Below, piece after piece: positions 61,206-64,000 of a stretch of DNA of 64,000 bases. The position numbers were made by a program, and so were the translations under genes. Below the pieces are notes generated by a model that saw nothing but the letters and a program-made list of their open reading frames with translations, was not told the origin of the DNA and did not search any database. The stretch is taken from NCBI GenBank assembly GCA_043228905.1, contig JBHGNT010000009.1, positions 14,818,001 to 14,882,000 of the forward strand. Direction: 5' to 3'. The DNA is from Azolla caroliniana (taxonomy: Eukaryota; Plantae; Polypodiophyta). How positions within the stretch are numbered: the first letter of the stretch is position 1; every line of letters starts with the position of its first letter.

Positions 61206-62131
61206 TTCAATATCAGAGACATTTGTATGCAAATTCCCCCTGGATCGTCACTGTCACCCTCTCCCTTCCTTTCTTTCTTTATGTCACCCTCTGTTCAGAA
61301 ACGGGATTTCATATTATCATCACAAGAAATAAATCAGAATTTTGAGGATCAGATGGCCTAACTTTAAGAAGACTGCAAAAAGGAATATATACAACTGTTA
61401 TTGTCAAAATACCACAACGAAAGACGCTGCAGAGATCCATAAAAAAAATTTATTGTGGGGGTCTATACCCGCATTTGATATTGCTGAGACCAAATTCACA
61501 AAAATATGAGAATATTCCTCCAAGCTGGGAGGAAATCCTGTCTTCTTTCCTCTTGCCCTGAAATATCCAACATCTCATTAACCCCTGTATCTGAATTGTA
61601 TCATGCAGTACAGCAGCCAAATGTTTGAATGTAGATTAAACCTTGTCCAGTTTTGCAGAAAAAACTCCAATTGAATGTATGAATATGGTTCAGTATCCTG
61701 ACATGTATCTTCTGATTCTAATGATTATACAAGAGCAGATATATTCACTCATTCTGGAATCCCAATTGTCCAAGTGTGGATTCTGTATTCCACACATGAT
61801 TCAAAGAACAAGAACTGACCCAATTTGGATGCCATATGTAAAAAGGATAAGTTGATAGAAATCATTCTCTTCTTTTAGAGAGCAGCTAAATTAAGACTTG
61901 ATTTGGGTGAAGGTAGTATGACGGCTCGAGGAAGATCATGGAAAGCCAGTAAGAGTTTAGAAGCATCCCACTGCCTTTCCAAGTTATGAACTTGCACCAC
62001 AAAGTGCCTAATAGAATGTCAGAGAGATGTCTCTTCCTGATACACCACAAGGTGATGCTGAAAATTGTCCCGAAGACAAACTCTAATGAGCATCATACTT
62101 GTGGGCAATCTTGAAGTTGGTAGCCCTCATA

Positions 62132-62205
62132 GTTTAAGTAGCTCAGTTGGTTAGACAAAAGGACTGAAAATCATTGGGACAGAAGTTCAAATTCACTCCT
62201 GAACA
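62132..62205 (+). pseudogene. trnF: Decayed tRNA-Phe(GAA) of plant mitochondrial type
   Basis: GTTTAAG-TAGCTCAGTTGGTTAGAC-AAAAGGA-CTGAAAA-TCATT...AGTTCAAATTCACT-CCTGAACA; 74 nt, GAA anticodon, several stem mismatches. Confidence 0.75.
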
Positions 62206-62976
62206 GTAAATTATTAGGTTCAAATCTAGTTTATATATTAGATGCAATTAAATCCACAAACATCTTGGACCTAAAGCCGTAGAGCACTCTACTTGTCTAA
62301 TCGTAGCAGAAATTCTGGACAAATGATGTGGCCTACCTGTTCCAGAAAAATTTCACAACATTAGCACAAAACCAAACTACCTTTCACATCCAAAGATACA
62401 AAATTTTGCCTTAAGTGTGGCGAGCAACCCACCCCATGAATAGGCTTTCGGGTCATATTTCTTTTTCAGGTCCCCATTCCCTGAACCCATGATGGATATT
62501 AACTGAGACATAAAAGTCAACGAGAGGCAGGCAACTGTCAAGCGTGCTCGTATAGTATCTTATAACTTGGTTGACATCAGTATTAAGCCAAGATCTGACA
62601 AAAGCCCCACACGATGTTGATTCATACCGGTTATATGACACAACCATGGTATTACTTCCCAACAAAGATATGCGGAATGCAAGTGCTTTAGAGCCTGATC
62701 GTGGAGGCACCGTCAGATTCAATGTTCATGTAACTCTGGCGAATGGTCAAATTCTTCATGCAGAGTTCACTACTGACAATAAACTACTTGGGGACTAAAA
62801 ACAAGAAACAAGATGCAAGTCTAACATGAGCCCATGGCATAATATCATAGGACTAGCATCATGTTGCCTCAATTCAATGTGTCTCCCAATCTGGACAGTC
62901 TATGCAAAGAAAAAACATGGCACTGCGTGTCAAGGAGCCAACTTCACACACCTGGATCCCAAACTATTCAGCAAAA

Positions 62977-63175
62977 CAGCTGTCCCTCTCAGATCCAATG
63001 ACAAAATTTATGTGCATGAGAGCTCATCTCTGGCTATAGATCAATGCTCCCCTAAGAACATATCATTGCACATAAGCACACCTGAACCCCAAACCAGGAA
63101 GTAAATCAGCTGTCCCTCCCAGATCCAATGACAGCATTCTGAAGTGCATGAACACTCATCTCTGGCTATAGATTG
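62977..63175. repeat. Diverged ~70-bp direct repeat in the MED14 intron
   Basis: CAGCTGTCCCTC.CAGATCCAATGACA...CTCATCTCTGGCTATAGAT at ~62977 and ~63107. Confidence 0.8.
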
Positions 63176-64000
63176 ATTCTTCCATATGATGCCAACTACC
63201 TAAATGTGGGGGTCCATGGTAAAGCATCAATTGGAAAGGAGATGATCGCATTACTTCGAATATGACCAATATGGTCTTCCAATGAACTACACAGGGATTC
63301 AAGCAACGCTCAAAAATATCTCATGTCTAGATATTACCTCTGAAAAAGATGCTACATGTGATAACATGTTAACATGCCTCTTGAATACCCTGTTACCAAG
63401 AATTCATGTTCCATGCCATCCCTTTCAAGATGAGAATGAATACCATATTGCCTTGTTAGCCAAGCCTATGCATGTTTGTGTCTATATATACCAAACCACA
63501 TGCCCAAAAGCTTACATCAGTCTTCTATATATGGCAATGGACAGAACACTTGACTTTGAAGAGTATTCATGCATTATACAATATTAATAATACTTCTTAG
63601 TGCGAAAATCATGACCATATGATTCCATATACACCAAAGTATCATATATGAATCTTAACTTTTTGTTCAAGTATAAATAACAATTCATACAAAATACATA
63701 TATAGATATATATGGAAAGGATCTCCGTTTAGGTACCAATAAGCAATTTAGAGAGGTTTGTGGAAAATGCAGACGTTAAGACCAAAAACAGATACTGGGG
63801 TGAATTGCTGAAATTTCAGAAATATTCCAAAAACTTTACTGAAATTTTAGACCTTCTAATGAGCATGGGATTTGGAAAATAGGAAAGAAAACTCAGAGTG
63901 AGAGAACAAACTTGAATATTTTCAAGAACAATTGGGTTCAAGAACCCCATATGTTGGGAGCCATTTCAGATTTGTTTCACTAGAAAAAATTAAGTTTCCT

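Noticed and set aside
61500-62110. Possible decayed LINE 3' end in the MED14 intron
   Set aside because: No RT or zinc-finger motif, poly(A) tail or TSD could be established by eye.
62571-62798. 75-aa ORF in the MED14 intron
   Set aside because: No ATG start, motif or splice support; cannot assign it without a search.

Overview
Plant nuclear DNA, probably a non-seed plant such as a fern (inferred from the transposon lineages). The first ~44.9 kb is a nested LTR-retrotransposon cluster, mostly resolvable by LTR termini and target-site duplications (TSDs). An old Ty1/copia (A, minus) hosts a hAT MITE, a Ty3/gypsy (B) and a second copia (G). B has a tRNA-Trp PBS, a 4-bp TSD and an internal inversion, and holds half an Athila-like element (D) plus a very young chromovirus (C). 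G holds an Athila-like element (E), an 89-bp palindromic element and a copia (F) carrying a solo LTR (J). A further copia fragment (I) hosts copia H. The last ~19 kb has two convergent host genes: a complete 12-exon RAD23 (+) and MED14 (-, first exon outside the window), with a decayed mitochondrial-type trnF in the MED14 intron. Best candidate for a new system: D and E lack a polypurine tract and instead carry, 2 nt before the 3' LTR, a copy of the tRNA-Arg 3' end (with CCA) interrupted by a covarying hairpin, i.e. a second, antisense primer-binding site. Element C also shows Tf1-type self-priming, a -1 frameshift signal and a tRNA-like A/B-box module in its LTR. All coordinates were read by eye; tRNA and lineage identities come from recalled sequences, not database searches.
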